A stretch of DNA of 63,639 bases, filler included, from Octopus bimaculoides (Eukaryota), in the NCBI RefSeq assembly GCF_001194135.2. It is 7 parts of 5 records of this genome, joined end to end, with 100 filler letters (N's around TTAATTAATTAA, not from the genome) between each part and the next. Parts side by side here need not be neighbours in the genome. Positions count along the whole stretch, not along the records: positions 1 to 17,983 come from NC_068988.1; positions 18,084 to 30,561 come from NC_068997.1; 5 more parts are not named here. The stretch is one strand, 5' to 3'. Each line of letters opens with the position of its first letter. Position 1 is the stretch's first letter. Below the pieces are notes generated by a model, which had not been told where the DNA came from, made no database searches, and was given only the letters and a program-made list of their open reading frames with translations. The position numbers and the translations under genes are program-made. Positions 12,261 through 24,315 of the stretch are shown piece by piece.

Positions 12261-13000
12261 AATGTGGCCACTTCACAAATGACAGTAGAGACATTGATAA
12301 ATTTTTAAAATTTGATTACTTCCTATTTAAATTGTTGGAGCATTTTTTTTTTTTTTTTACAAAAAATAAACTTTGTCAAAATTAGTTACATGACCACCTT
12401 GAACATAATCATCAACAAAGAGAAAAACTTATTCTGAGATAGACAGACAAAAAGAGAACAGTGACCAATGTAAACAGTAAAAAAAAAAAGTATCATGATT
12501 TGGGCAGGATAGAGACAGCTTGGAGATTTTGAAAGGCTGGAATCTCTTTGATTATAGATATGCTCAATAAAAGTCGACTAGAGGCTAAACAACTATATAA
12601 CATCCCAAATAAGTTGTATGACATAATGTAATTGTTAGATGTCATTAATTTTGAAAACCATTATAACACCAAGTCATATTTTTAGACTTCCATAATTTTC
12701 CATTTTCTCTTTTTATGTGAATTTTGTTTTTTGATATGAGAACTTTCTGAAATAAGAATGATAAAACCATTTATTCTGATTCCATTGGGTAACTAGAGAT
12801 GAATTCTCAGGAATTTACAAAAAAACCAAGCATTTTTTCCTACAAAATTTCTTGATCAAGGATTTAATTCAGAGAAAATTAAAATTGAGATAGCAACAAT
12901 TTTAATATATGGTTCTTAATGAATACCAAACTTAGCACGTGCACCTTTAAGTTCTATTGACTGGATAGATACTTGTTACAAAACGACAAATAAAATTTCA

Positions 13001-13285
13001 CTACGCCATATGCCCATGGGCATATGGCGTAGTGGTTAAGAGCATGGGCTACTAACCCAAAGATTCAGAGTTCAATTCCAGGCAGTGACCTGAATAACAA
13101 CATTGAAAAATACCTTAGGAATGAGAACCCACGATCGAAATTTCCCCAAGACACCTGATGAAGGCTGGAGGGTATATCAGCGAAACGTTGTGTTAATAAC
13201 AAACAAGATGAGGACAAATATCCGTCAATTGTAAATAATGTAAATAATGTACATAATTCCTCATCTCTTAAATGTAGAACTGTAT
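13001..13285 (+). mobile_element. tRNA-headed, hammerhead-bearing SINE with 16-bp inverted duplication of its own 5' end
   Basis: 10-bp TSD taaaatttca at 12991-13000 and 13286-13295; A-box tggcgtagtgg, B-box gagttcaattcc; palindrome ctacgccatatgccca|tgggcatatggcgtag. Confidence 0.9.
13150..13194 (+). ncRNA. Minimal type I hammerhead ribozyme motif inside the SINE
   Basis: gacac CUGAUGA (ag) gcug-loop-cagc GAAA CG UU gugu(u): stem I gacac/gtgtt, core CUGAUGA and GAAA, palindromic AACGUU stem III. Confidence 0.7.
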
Positions 13286-13719
13286 TAAAATTTCATTTAC
13301 CAGGAAATTAAGCTTCAATAACCAAAGAATTAATTATGGCAACAAAGAACTGTTTAGCATTAAAACAATTGACAATCTTTCAATTATCTACATTACTATG
13401 AGGGAGCTCTTATACAGAGACTAGATCTGCAAGAAATAACTGCCAAATCTCCCACAAATCAAAGTACACTATATTTAAAATGGAAATATACACTGGATAA
13501 CATAAAGTGCTCTTGGATTACATGTTACATGCCCCTCAAAAAAAGGGACAGTCATGTCTTGAATGTCTTTGATCATTCACTTAAAAGATGGTAAATACAT
13601 TTGTTTCTTTTTTTACAAATTCTGCATTTGCTCTTTGAGTTTTATTAATCTGTCTGTCTCAAGTTTATTCTACTGGCTTATTCCTCAGTGGCTATAATTA
13701 ACAATTAAGTTTCTCATTA

Positions 13720-13975
13720 CAGGTCTCCAGCTATCAGCCACACCCAGCATTCTTCGCTTTCATCATACTTGGTTTGTTGCATGAAGCTGCCCTGCCATTC
13801 TTCCTTCTGTTTTTGAATTCTACTGTTTCATGAAACTTTTGGATATTTCTCGCTGCTGATGGTACTCTTTCTTCACTATATACAACATAGTTTTTCAAAC
13901 CCAATATCTAATGGTGTTTTCAGCACTTTGCCATCTTCTACCTCCTTCCTTTCTTGATAGGTAGACCCTGTCAAT
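13720..13975 (-). mobile_element. Decayed fragment of RLE-type (R4/Dong-like) non-LTR retrotransposon
   Basis: Minus translation RVYLSRKEGGRRWQSAE resembles the RLYLPRKEGGRGL motif downstream of RT. Confidence 0.5.
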
Positions 13976-14679
13976 ATTACTTTTAGGGTAGTGTGCATTG
14001 TGCATAGTGAGAAGCTTCCTAGTTCTTGTATCCAATTACTACTACTATTGTTGTTGTTATCTATTAAAAATTAATACAGCTAGTAGACTTAGAATTTGTG
14101 AACAAATAGCAGACAGCAACTAGTGTCTCCACAATGTTGCCTATGGCTCATAACCCTGATCCAATCAATCTAATTTCATGTCTTAATCAGGATGTAACAA
14201 TTATACAGTAATTGTAGTGTGTATACGTTATTGTTTCTATTTTTCTTTCTCGGCCTCATTACTCTCTGCCAGATGGCTTGTTTCCAACCTGTCCTTCACC
14301 TAGTGAACTACAACTAATGTAGGTTGGTTGCACCTCCTCTTTTTACATTGGCAAACATCACAACTTATGGCACATTTTCAGCAAGCGTTCTTCATTTCTC
14401 ATCAAATGTTTACAAACACCCAACTTCCTGTATTTTGCACTCAACCCCTCCAATACATCAATGGTTTGTAAGTTTCTAAGAACTCCCTCATCCAATTCTT
14501 TAAATTTATACAAGACACATCTGCCTCAGGTTTTCTCCTGTCTTTCAAACAGTTTCCAGCAGTGCCTTAGAATTTCCATCATTGATTTTTCTGTTTTCTG
14601 CTCATCACAGAGTTTTCTCCCTCTGGGTGTTCTGAACAGCAAAATGTGAGTGGCTTTTCATGTCTGGTAATTTGACAAG

Positions 14680-15650
14680 AATAATGAGTGCAAAAGGAAA
14701 GCTGGCCAACAAGTGAAGATGGTAGCCCAGAAACAAACAAAGCAATGAAGAACAATTGGTGGCAGGCCAAAAGAATTGGAATTCTGAAACTAGCAGACAT
14801 TCATGGCATCATAAGTTTCTTCAGTGTAGCTAAGACAATCCACGGTGTTAGTTATACTGCAGGCTCAATACATCTCAGGTCTTAAGAATGTACAGAAATA
14901 ATGGAACAAGCAACTATCAACAACCATTGGAAAGCACATTTTCAGAATATGTTTAGCCCTTTAGCCATATCCAACGAAAATATTCTGCCTGTTTTATGTT
15001 CAAACTGGTCAGATCCAACTTCTTACCCTACTCTACAATGTCAGTCAAAAAATACATATCAAAGTCTCAAAGCTACAAGATCATATGAGATAAATTTAAA
15101 ACAATATGAATAAATAAGCACAACATTTGACAGAGTAATCTAAATGCTTCAGGGTTGATCATAAAATCAACAAATTGCACAAAGGTCAATGATGAATAAT
15201 TTAACTGCACCATCTGATATTGTGGAAACTAAAAAAGCAATTTATTTTCAAAAGCAATAAGGCACCTGAGTATGACAAGATTTTGTCTGAGTTATATCAA
15301 TTTGGGAATGAAAGACTAACAACAAAGCTTAATACAGTGTTTCTGTTAATTTTGATACGGGAAGAGGTACCAGCTGACAATTGTTACTATCTTCAAGAAG
15401 GAAGGTGAATTACTAGAGAAATCTCATTATGTCAAAAGATGAAAATAAAAATTCTGGCTTGAATCCAACTCATCTGATTTCTCTCATAATCAGAGACTCT
15501 ACTACGAGAATCTCAAATTGGTTTTCAACCTTCCACAGGTGCTACAGCTCTTACTCTCTGTGCTGCCATCTAAAGGTGAGCAACACAAACCATTGTACAT
15601 GGTTTTCTTTGACAACAACAAGGTTTATGATTCACTAAGCTGAGAAGGTC
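14680..15650 (+). mobile_element. Decayed RTE-clade LINE internal fragment (different family from 1130-4860)
   Basis: KNNWWQAK..LADIHG..FFSVAKTIHG and SNKAPEYDKILSELYQFG..LILIREEVP (NKAPGPDGIPAE motif). Confidence 0.75.
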
Positions 15651-15688
15651 TGAGAAAATTGATAACCAAACTTATATGTATATATTAT

Positions 15689-15770
<82 letters not shown>

Positions 15771-16389
15771 TATATTTTCCCTTGTTTACAATTAACGCAG
15801 TAAAAATAGATAAACAGTTACCAGGGTAGCAAAAAATCACACAAGTAAAAAGGGCGTAACACCTTGTTTTTAAAGGTAGAAACTCCAGGTTTATGTGAAA
15901 TATTTTGTATAATATATATAAATAAATAAATGGAGTTAAAAAAAAGTTAGAGGATATGTCAAAGGTAGCCTATAGACGAGGAGGGATAAAGGAAAGAAAA
16001 AATCAGAAACCAAATAAATGAGAAGTATAGAATGATATGTAAATTAAATAAAACCCTTAAGTCTTGGAACAAGATATATCTAGTGGAAGTGAAATGTAAG
16101 AAGAAAATCAATGTTTAAATTATATATAATGGTAGATATCACTTCTATGAACTAAAGGTGTGTTTCTGCCAATGTTTACATCGGTAAGCACACTCTATAA
16201 CTATGTTTACAAGGGGATTTTTAGAAAAAAGAATAAAAAATAGTTCACACTAACAAAGAAGACAGAATTTCTTGCCTTTATCATAAGGGAATGAAATGGA
16301 GAGAATCAACCAATCTAAATTAAATTGTTATTATGGTCTTTTAGATATCAAATTAATTTACTAAGCCCTGTAATGTTACGTTTATTCCT

Positions 16390-17421
16390 ATCCCTAGATG
16401 TAGAGTAATGATCCGTGGCATTGGTTCTGTGAAAAAATTTCCTCGCCAGCCAATATCTCCAACTAATATTGATAAACGTCTAAAGTATGCAAGAAAGTAC
16501 TTAAAAACAAGTTTCAGAAACATCATATTCACTATCGCATGTCACATTAGATGGCCCAGATGGATGGGCTAAAGGATAGGTTCTGTCAGGCCAAGATGCT
16601 CCTATGACAAGAAGGCAACAAGGAGGTAGTGGTGTAATGATATGGGCTGGTATTGTTAATAGAACCATCCTTGGACCATTTAAAGTTGACAAAGGTGTAA
16701 AACTCAACAGTATTAATTATTGTGAATTCTTGGATCAAACTTTCTTTGAATGGTACAAGCATCAGCCTCACAGTTTCAAGACAAAGTGTACGTTTATGCA
16801 TGACAATGTTCCATCACATGCTTCTTGCCTAACACATGACTTTCTTGAGCGCAGCGCAAACGATTTGCTGAAGACAAAATAATGGAGTAGCCACTGTCAA
16901 GCCCTGGCTTGAACCCAATTGCAAACCTCCGGTCAACTGTCAAACAGAAACTCTATAAAGGAAGCAAACAGTACAATAGTAAGGTAGAACTGTGGGATGC
17001 TACACAAAGTATTACAGTTGCAGTTTTGCCAGATCAAATTGGAAAACTAACAAATTTGAAGGACAACAGATAAGTAACATTAATTGAAAAGAAAGGTCGT
17101 TATATCAACATGTAAATTGTTTCGACTATATATTAAAACACTGCTCTTCGAATTAGAAAAAGTTCATGATGGGTTCATATATTTTAATTTTCCTGATACG
17201 CAGAGGAAATAACAATTTCAACACTTGCATAATAACTTCAGATACCCAATCCTAGTAAATTCTTCATTACTCACGACAAACAGATCAGATGTATGTCAAA
17301 TTTTAGGCATAGTTAAGAAAGAGCATTTGCACCAACATCCTAAAATTTCAGCTTCCTATGTACATGTATGTTCATTTTATTAAAAAAAAAACCGATATGC
17401 ATAATATCTTCAGACAAGGTG
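16390..17421 (+). mobile_element. 5'-truncated Tc1-like transposon
   Basis: RLKYARKYL, TLDGPDGW, RRQQGGSGVMIWAGI, FMHDNVPSH; probable right TIR ending ...cagacaaggtg|TA. Confidence 0.85.
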
Positions 17422-19326
17422 TATATGTATATGTATATATATATATATAGTGTGTAAGGCTGCTTGTTCAGGGTTGCCTCTTTTGTGTTTAAATGTACAC
17501 TTATCTTATATGGAGAATATGTTGTCTATTGTCTTTTTATACATGCTAGGCCACTGGTAGTTAAATTTTTAAAAAAAAAAAAAAAATCCGCTACCCTATA
17601 TTTTACAAATATGATTTTAGCAATTTCAGAAGATTAATTCGGCATTTTTTCATTTGCTGCCGACTGATACCATGCTTGCATGGTGAATATGAAAAATTAT
17701 AATATATAATGATGAGACACGTGTTATTCTGTCTCTAAATTATATGTTAATGTTTTGGCATAGCCACGGTTGAGAACTCCGCCTAGCAAATTATTTTATT
17801 TGCTAATTTGAGTTTGAAACCTAGATATGGCTGTAAAAAAAACAAGGTAAAAGTTTTTATCTTTCATTCCCTTCAAAATTGCTCTTAAATGTGGTTTTTG
17901 TCTGTTTTGACTGCTCCTTCTAGCATGTAAGGCTGTCTGTTAAGGGTGGCCTCTTTTATGTTTAAATGTACACTAAATGAAGANNNNNNNNNNNNNNNNN
18001 NNNNNNNNNNNNNNNNNNNNNNNNNNNTTAATTAATTAANNNNNNNNNNNNNNNNNNNNNNNNNNNNNNNNNNNNNNNNNNNNAAAACAAAAAGGCAAAA
18101 GAGAGTCACTTACTGTTATAGTTTCTTCAATGAGAATATTGACCAAGGTTACCGTGGTCTTTTCCGTGGGCTTTTCCTTCCACGGCTAAACCTAAACTGT
18201 CCTCCCCTCTTTTTACACGAGAACATTACTGTGTGATACACGATCCCTATTGATCGGCCTTTCCTTTTCTTTTTTTTTCGATCCCTTTTGATCGAACTGC
18301 CCCTTTTTCCCTTCCTACGATCCCTTTTGATCGACACCACCAATTTTTTTTTTTATTTATTTTTTTTTTTTCCTTCCTTCCCCCTCCCAAAAAGAAAAGC
18401 TCTACATTGTATTTGTCCCATCTTCGTTGAGCCCTGTGTGGCTAATAAAAGAAATGTATCTGCTTGTCTATCAATCTATCTATCTATCCATCTATCTGCT
18501 TGTCTATCTACCTATCTGTCTATCTATCTATCTATCTACTTATCTATCTATCAATCTACCTGTCTGACTGTCTGTCTATCTGTCTGTCTGTTTATCTATT
18601 TATCTATCTATCTATCTACTTATCTAACTTCATGTTTGTGTGCCTCTATGTATGTGTATACGTACGTATGTATGTATATATGCATGTATGCTTGTATGTA
18701 TGCATGTCTGTATATAGGTGTGTTTGTCTTCCTGACAAACATTACACTAACCGAACTAACGGGTACAAGCCAAAGCTGGAGCCCGTACGTTGTCAGGTTG
18801 CCTGCTAGAAATACCAGCCAAATCTTCCTCAAATCATACATCACCACCTTAAAAAAAAGAAACACACATTGGATAATATGCTCCTAGACACTCGTCCGCC
18901 CCCAATATCAATCTGTCTATTTGTAAGCCTGTCTACCAAACTTGCAATTATCCATTTGATGACGTCTCTAGTTAATGAACTACCGCTTGTCTAGCGTTCA
19001 ACTTAACTAAAAGCATGTAAAGTTATAAATACCAGAATGTCTACATCAGAAGGAAAAGAAAAAAATAAGATAGTAAAAATATAAATGTAAATAAATAAAA
19101 TTATATAAAAATATAGGTGATCTATGCGTATGCATACCTAGCTAATGAAAGAGACAGCCAATATCGATAGAAAGCAATTAGAAGTAGCCGCATATCTAGA
19201 AAGGAAATGAACAGGTGTCGACATTTGTGTCAGTCTGAATATCCTTGCAGCTGGTTTGACGTTATGTACACACATCCACACTCACACTCTCACACTCTCA
19301 CACACATGCAAATAAATATACACACA

Positions 19327-19372
<46 letters not shown>

Positions 19373-19748
19373 CACACACGCACATATATATATATATAGG
19401 CAAACACACTTACACAAACACACACGTATCTACGCATATGTATACTCGCGCACACACATNNNNNNNNNNNNNNNNNNNNNNNNNNNNNNNNNNNNNNNNN
19501 NNNNNNNNNNNNNNNNNNNNNNNNNNNNNNNNNNNNNNNNNNNNNNNNNNNNNNNNNNNNNNNNNNNNNNNNNNNNNNNNNNNNNNNNNNNNNNNNNNNN
19601 NNNNNNNNNNNNNNNNNNNNNNNNNNNNNNNNNNNNNNNNNNNNNNNNNNNNNNNNNNNNNNNNNNNNNNNNNNNNNNNNNNNNNNNNNNNNNNNNNNNN
19701 NNNNNNNNNNNNNNNNNNNNNNNNNNNNNNNNNNNNNNNNNNNNNNNN

Positions 19749-19940
19749 AGTAGTAGTAGTAGTATGAGGAGGAGGAGGAGGCTGGGAGGAGGTGGGGGAG
19801 TAGAAGAAAAAGAAGAAGAAGAAGAAGAAAGAAGAAAAAAGAAGAAGAAGAAGGGGAAGAAGAAGAAGAAGAAGAAGAAGAAGAAGAAAAAGAAGAAGAA
19901 GAAGAAGAAGAAGAAGAAGAAGAAGAAGAAGAAAAAGAAG
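19749..19940. repeat. Compound (TAG)n/(GAG)n/(GAA)n microsatellite
   Basis: Direct reading. Confidence 0.95.
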
Positions 19941-20289
19941 AAATTTTGCTATTGAGGAAAAGCCTGTCATAAAAAACGAAAGTACAGCAAAACTCCGATA
20001 ATGACAAAGACATCCACGCATACACGCGCGCGCGCACACACGCACACGCACACGCACAGAGTAACATCCCATTGAGATATTTGATTGTCTTGCAAGATAT
20101 TAAATATTCATTTCGGCGAATACCAGGCGTTGATATCTGTCCATTTCTATTGTATCACTCACTCAACAACGAATCAATCAATCAGTCAGCCAGTCAATCA
20201 ATCAATCAATCGACCATTTTTTCTATCTATCTATCTATCTATCTATCTATGCAATGAAATATTGTTGGTGAAAAAATGTTTAACGTTTT

Positions 20290-20390
20290 AGGCGTGCCTG
20301 CGTGGTTAGCGGTTTGCTTCTCAACCACATGGTTTCGGGTTCAGCCCCACTGCGTGGTAAATTGGACAAGTGTTTTCTACAATAGCCTTC
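20290..20390 (+). mobile_element. 5' fragment of SINE family B
   Basis: ggcgtgcctgcgtggttag...ggttcagccccactgcgtgg. Confidence 0.7.
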
Positions 20391-20588
20391 TCTGAGTTTC
20401 GCCCAGAGCTAGGCTGCTTACGATGGTTTGCACTATGTAAAGTATAAATATTTAACATAATTTATATTTTGTACGTGATGTTTAATACATAAATATAAAA
20501 CTTACACTTTCATGCGCACTTATACAACTTATATATTAACATACATACCAAATTACGCACACACAGAGGCACACACAAGAACACATAC

Positions 20589-20698
20589 GCACGTATGTAC
20601 AAATTGATGTTTGGGTATAGAAACAAATGGTGATACTTCATGTGCATCTTTCGGAGAAGCTGATGATCCCGTATTGACGCTAGTCCGAGATTCTTGTC
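20589..20698 (-). CDS. Candidate internal exon (G)QESRTSVNTGSSASPKDAHEVSPFVSIPKHQFVHTC; 3' boundary uncertain
   Basis: cag| acceptor phase-compatible with exon 33643-33734; open frame; gtatgt donor candidate; weak polypyrimidine tract. Confidence 0.22.
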
Positions 20699-21649
20699 CT
20701 GTGTGTTAATAATAACCCCTCTTTTTGAATTAGATTTTGAAGCACAAAAAAAGCTATAAAGAATAGCAAATAAATATTGGGTTGAAAATCCAATAGAAAA
20801 AGTCCAACGGCGAACTTCTGACTTGAACCTGCAAATCTCGTAGGTACAACCAGCGTCCTACCATTGAACCAAAGCAATCCTTTGAAACAATGTCTCAATT
20901 TTATAAACTAAATTCTTATCCAAAAGTGTTTTTCAACCCAATATTTACATGTAACGTGTAGTTCGATATGTTTTTCGTTTTTTTTTTTAGTTTTCAAGTC
21001 TAGAATGATGGACATAAGCGATCATGCCCTGCCACTATTCTCTGTTCTTTGTTTTCTGTAACAGTTTTCACTTCCTGATATTTAACACCTCTTTCTTCCA
21101 ATCAGTTCGCCAAGCTTGGCATCCAATCATCCATCTCCTACCTCTGCTTCTTTTCTCTTCAACTTTTTCGCTCATCGCAAAATTCTCCAGGCCCTCTTTC
21201 ATCATCATATGACAAAGAAATCTCAGTTACCCCACAAAGCAATTTTTCGGTTTACTGCAATTTCTTACTTAGTGATTCGATATACATTCCAAAAAAAGAA
21301 TTATTTCACGTGCTCTCATGAGTTTATAAATTCTTAAGACATCAACCCATAACAATAACTATAATAATGATGATGATGGTGATGATGATGATGATGACGA
21401 TGGTGGTGATTTCTTCGATTGGCCATAAGGGCATAAGACATTGAAAATACTGAAAACTTTGAGAAATATCAAAGGACAAAATACAACACAAAATGGATTT
21501 ACACCGAAAAACAACAATAAGGGTATAACAAATGATATAAAAACAAAATTCAGGAAAGTAAATGCATAGAATCCCTAACAGTGGGGCAGTTTCCCTTTGA
21601 GTAATTCGGAGGGGCACGGGAATCTCACACAAAAATAGCCTGGTTTGCT

Positions 21650-21941
21650 CTGCTGTCTCAATACATCGGAAGTGCCCTCTTCCAGTTTCTTTCTTCATGC
21701 TTCGAAAAGCATACTCAGAGGAGGGCTTTCAAACTCAATAACAAGGCCATCGGTCTTTAAGGGTGTTCCGAAAGGCCTGGTTGGAGACCCAAACTTCCAA
21801 GTTTTTTTTACAGGACTTCGAAAATCTGAAGGACCGCCACAATAAGTGTGAATCTGAGATGGAAATTTGTTGAATAAAATCATAACTGATCCTCCATTAT
21901 TTTCATTTACCCAAAGCCAGGAACTTTTCAGCATCCCCTCG
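21650..21941 (+). mobile_element. Mariner transposase 3' end with right TIR
   Basis: FRKAWLETQTSKFF..FENLKDRHNKCVNLRWKFVE*; TIR ...ggaacttttcagcatcccctcg|TA. Confidence 0.8.
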
Positions 21942-21952
21942 TATGTATATCA

Positions 21953-22003
<51 letters not shown>

Positions 22004-22072
22004 NNNNNNNNNNNNNNNNNNNNNNNNNNNNNNNNNNNNNNNNNNNNNNNNNNNNNNNNNNNNNNNNNNNNN

Positions 22073-22272
22073 TCCTGGCTCTAAGGATGTCGCGAAAGGC
22101 CTGGTTGGAAGCTCAACCTTTCGAGTTCTTTTACAGAACCTAGAAAAACTGAAGGACCACTGGAATAAGTGTGTGGATCTGAGAGGGGAATATATTGAAT
22201 AAAAATCATAATTAACTGATCTTCCTGTATTTTCCTTTTACCCAAAACCAGGAACTTTCCAGCACCCCCTCG
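22073..22272 (+). mobile_element. Second tandem mariner 3' end with right TIR
   Basis: LEKLKDHWNKCVDLRGEYIE*; TIR ...ggaactttccagcaccccctcg|TA. Confidence 0.8.
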
Positions 22273-23108
22273 TACACACAAACAGACGGACAGTCACACA
22301 TACATATGTGATGGCTGTGCAATTAATTATAAATACAAGTTGTGTGAACAGCCTGGATTAAACATATTACTAATGTAACTAGTAATCACGTTCTGTCAAA
22401 CAAACTACCTTCGTTTTCTCATTCCTTGTTAATGAACCGCACCACCTTTTCCTCTAACCAACAACAGGTATCTTGTTATGAATCCGAGCAAGCTACATAC
22501 CTACATAAGTAGTTATATATTACGAGTCATTAAACAGTAAAGCATTTCTGGCGTAAGGACAAGAAACATGATTGTTTTATAAATACGTACACATATACAT
22601 AAGTAAAGACACAGGCACACGCAGTCGCTGATATGTGTGTGTGTGTGTCTAATTGAATGTATGGGAGTATATGTGGATGTATGTATGTCTGTGAGTACTT
22701 ATGTGTGTATGTGTATCTAATGTCTGGAATGCTTGTAGGATTGGCTAACAATGACGAAGCGACACTGATCGCTGCATATTAAAATCTTTTCAGTATATAT
22801 AACCTTAAAATTACTATGCTGAGTCGATTACACTTCTCTGTCTTGATTATATTTTAAGGAATGTCTGTGTGTTACGGAGATAAGGAGGCTATATTTTGCT
22901 GTTCCTTTGTTAGTTGATACAGATGCCGCTTTCTCCATTTTTTATTTCTTTTCTTTACCTTAGTTTGATCAATTAACCTAAAGTATTTGTAGATATGTAT
23001 CACGTCATCCTGTTACACAAAAGGACACACCCTCAGATATACATGCATATACACATCATACGTTAATTAAATTTGGCTAACTAAAGGTGTCTACGTACTT
23101 ACCACCTG

Positions 23109-23167
<59 letters not shown>

Positions 23168-23765
23168 CTCTATCTATCTTTAAAAACATACATACATACA
23201 TACATACATAATACATATATACATACATACATGCATGCATACATACATATATACATACATATATATATGTATTTAAATTCAAATTGCATAGCAAACAGCC
23301 AGTACTTAGAACTCCATGAGCATTCCCATATATCTGATGGGCAACCATGAGGTGAACTCATATTATGAGCCCATGTTTCATTTAAATGGAACACGAAGTT
23401 GAGTAAGACACAGAGTACTAATATAGAAAACGAAACAGGAGAATTTACTCGTATATTGAATTACATCATCTTAATCACGTTTCATTAACAAAAGTAAATT
23501 TGTATTGCTTAATCATCAGAGTTGCGTGACTCAGTCATCTGCAAATTTACTGGATTAATGACAGTGCCACCACTGTTATTATATATGTATACAGTTATTA
23601 AGTGTTCTTCAGATACATGTGGTACAGGTGATTCTTCCTTACTTCCCTTTCTTAATGACATTACCTGCTTTTCTTGTCAGATCTGATGAAGCCACTTCAT
23701 CTGCTCCGTCTAAGTTTATATGTAGAATTATCTCATAAATCATTTCCTCTTCAGTTCTATATTTC

Positions 23766-23843
23766 CATACGGCGTAGTGGTTGAGAGCGCAGGCTACTAA
23801 CCCCAAGATTCCGTGTTCGATTCCAAGCAGTGACCTGAATAAA
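23766..23843 (+). mobile_element. Head-only copy of the hammerhead-bearing SINE
   Basis: ggcgtagtggttgagagcgcaggctactaaccccaagattccgtgttcgattccaagcagtgacctgaat matches 13026-13097. Confidence 0.85.
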
Positions 23844-23849
23844 AGCGGG

Positions 23850-24315
23850 TGCTAAATCTTGTGAATAGGGCACGTACGGAAGCAATACCATGTTTTTGGC
23901 GAGAAACTCACGAGTGGAGGATCCAATCCTTCCCGCTCCACAGATCCGGTCGCTTTCGCCGAATGTCCGCCATCAAACGCTTCAAAACATCGCGGTAGAA
24001 CCCTCGATTGACGGTCTGGGCCTGGGGGACTCATAAACTTGCCGAAACATGCTCAATATCTCTGTAGCAGACTTTCAAAGTATAACGCAAAATTTCAATT
24101 TGGCTCTTTGTTCCTGTCCATGACAAAATCGCAGACTACAGCATATAAGCGATCACAAAAATACAAATTTCACAACTCACGACGTAAACACAGCGATGTC
24201 ACTGGGCACATTGCCTCATGAAAGTCACTGCTAGCTCTCACTGCACACGCAACCGTGTGCTGCCATCAGTTGGTGCGCTACAGAACTACTTCGGGAACTT
24301 TTTAATACCACCTCG
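23850..24315 (-). mobile_element. Internally deleted mariner element (5' TIR + N-terminus joined to catalytic-domain fragment)
   Basis: TA|CGAGGTGGTATTAAAAAGTTCC TIR; QRAKLKFCVIL.KSATEILSMFRQVY jumps to VPQAQTVNRGFYRDVLKRLMADIRRKRPDLWSGKDWILH. Confidence 0.85.

Noticed and set aside
15770-16370. Possible L1/Tx1-like 3' remnant on the minus strand
   Set aside because: Only vague resemblance after multiple stops; cannot be supported without a search
18028-18039. ttaattaattaa embedded in N-runs (also ~30606, 37561, 53809, 55882, 61187)
   Set aside because: Identical 12-mer always flanked by Ns; an assembly or scaffolding spacer, not biology
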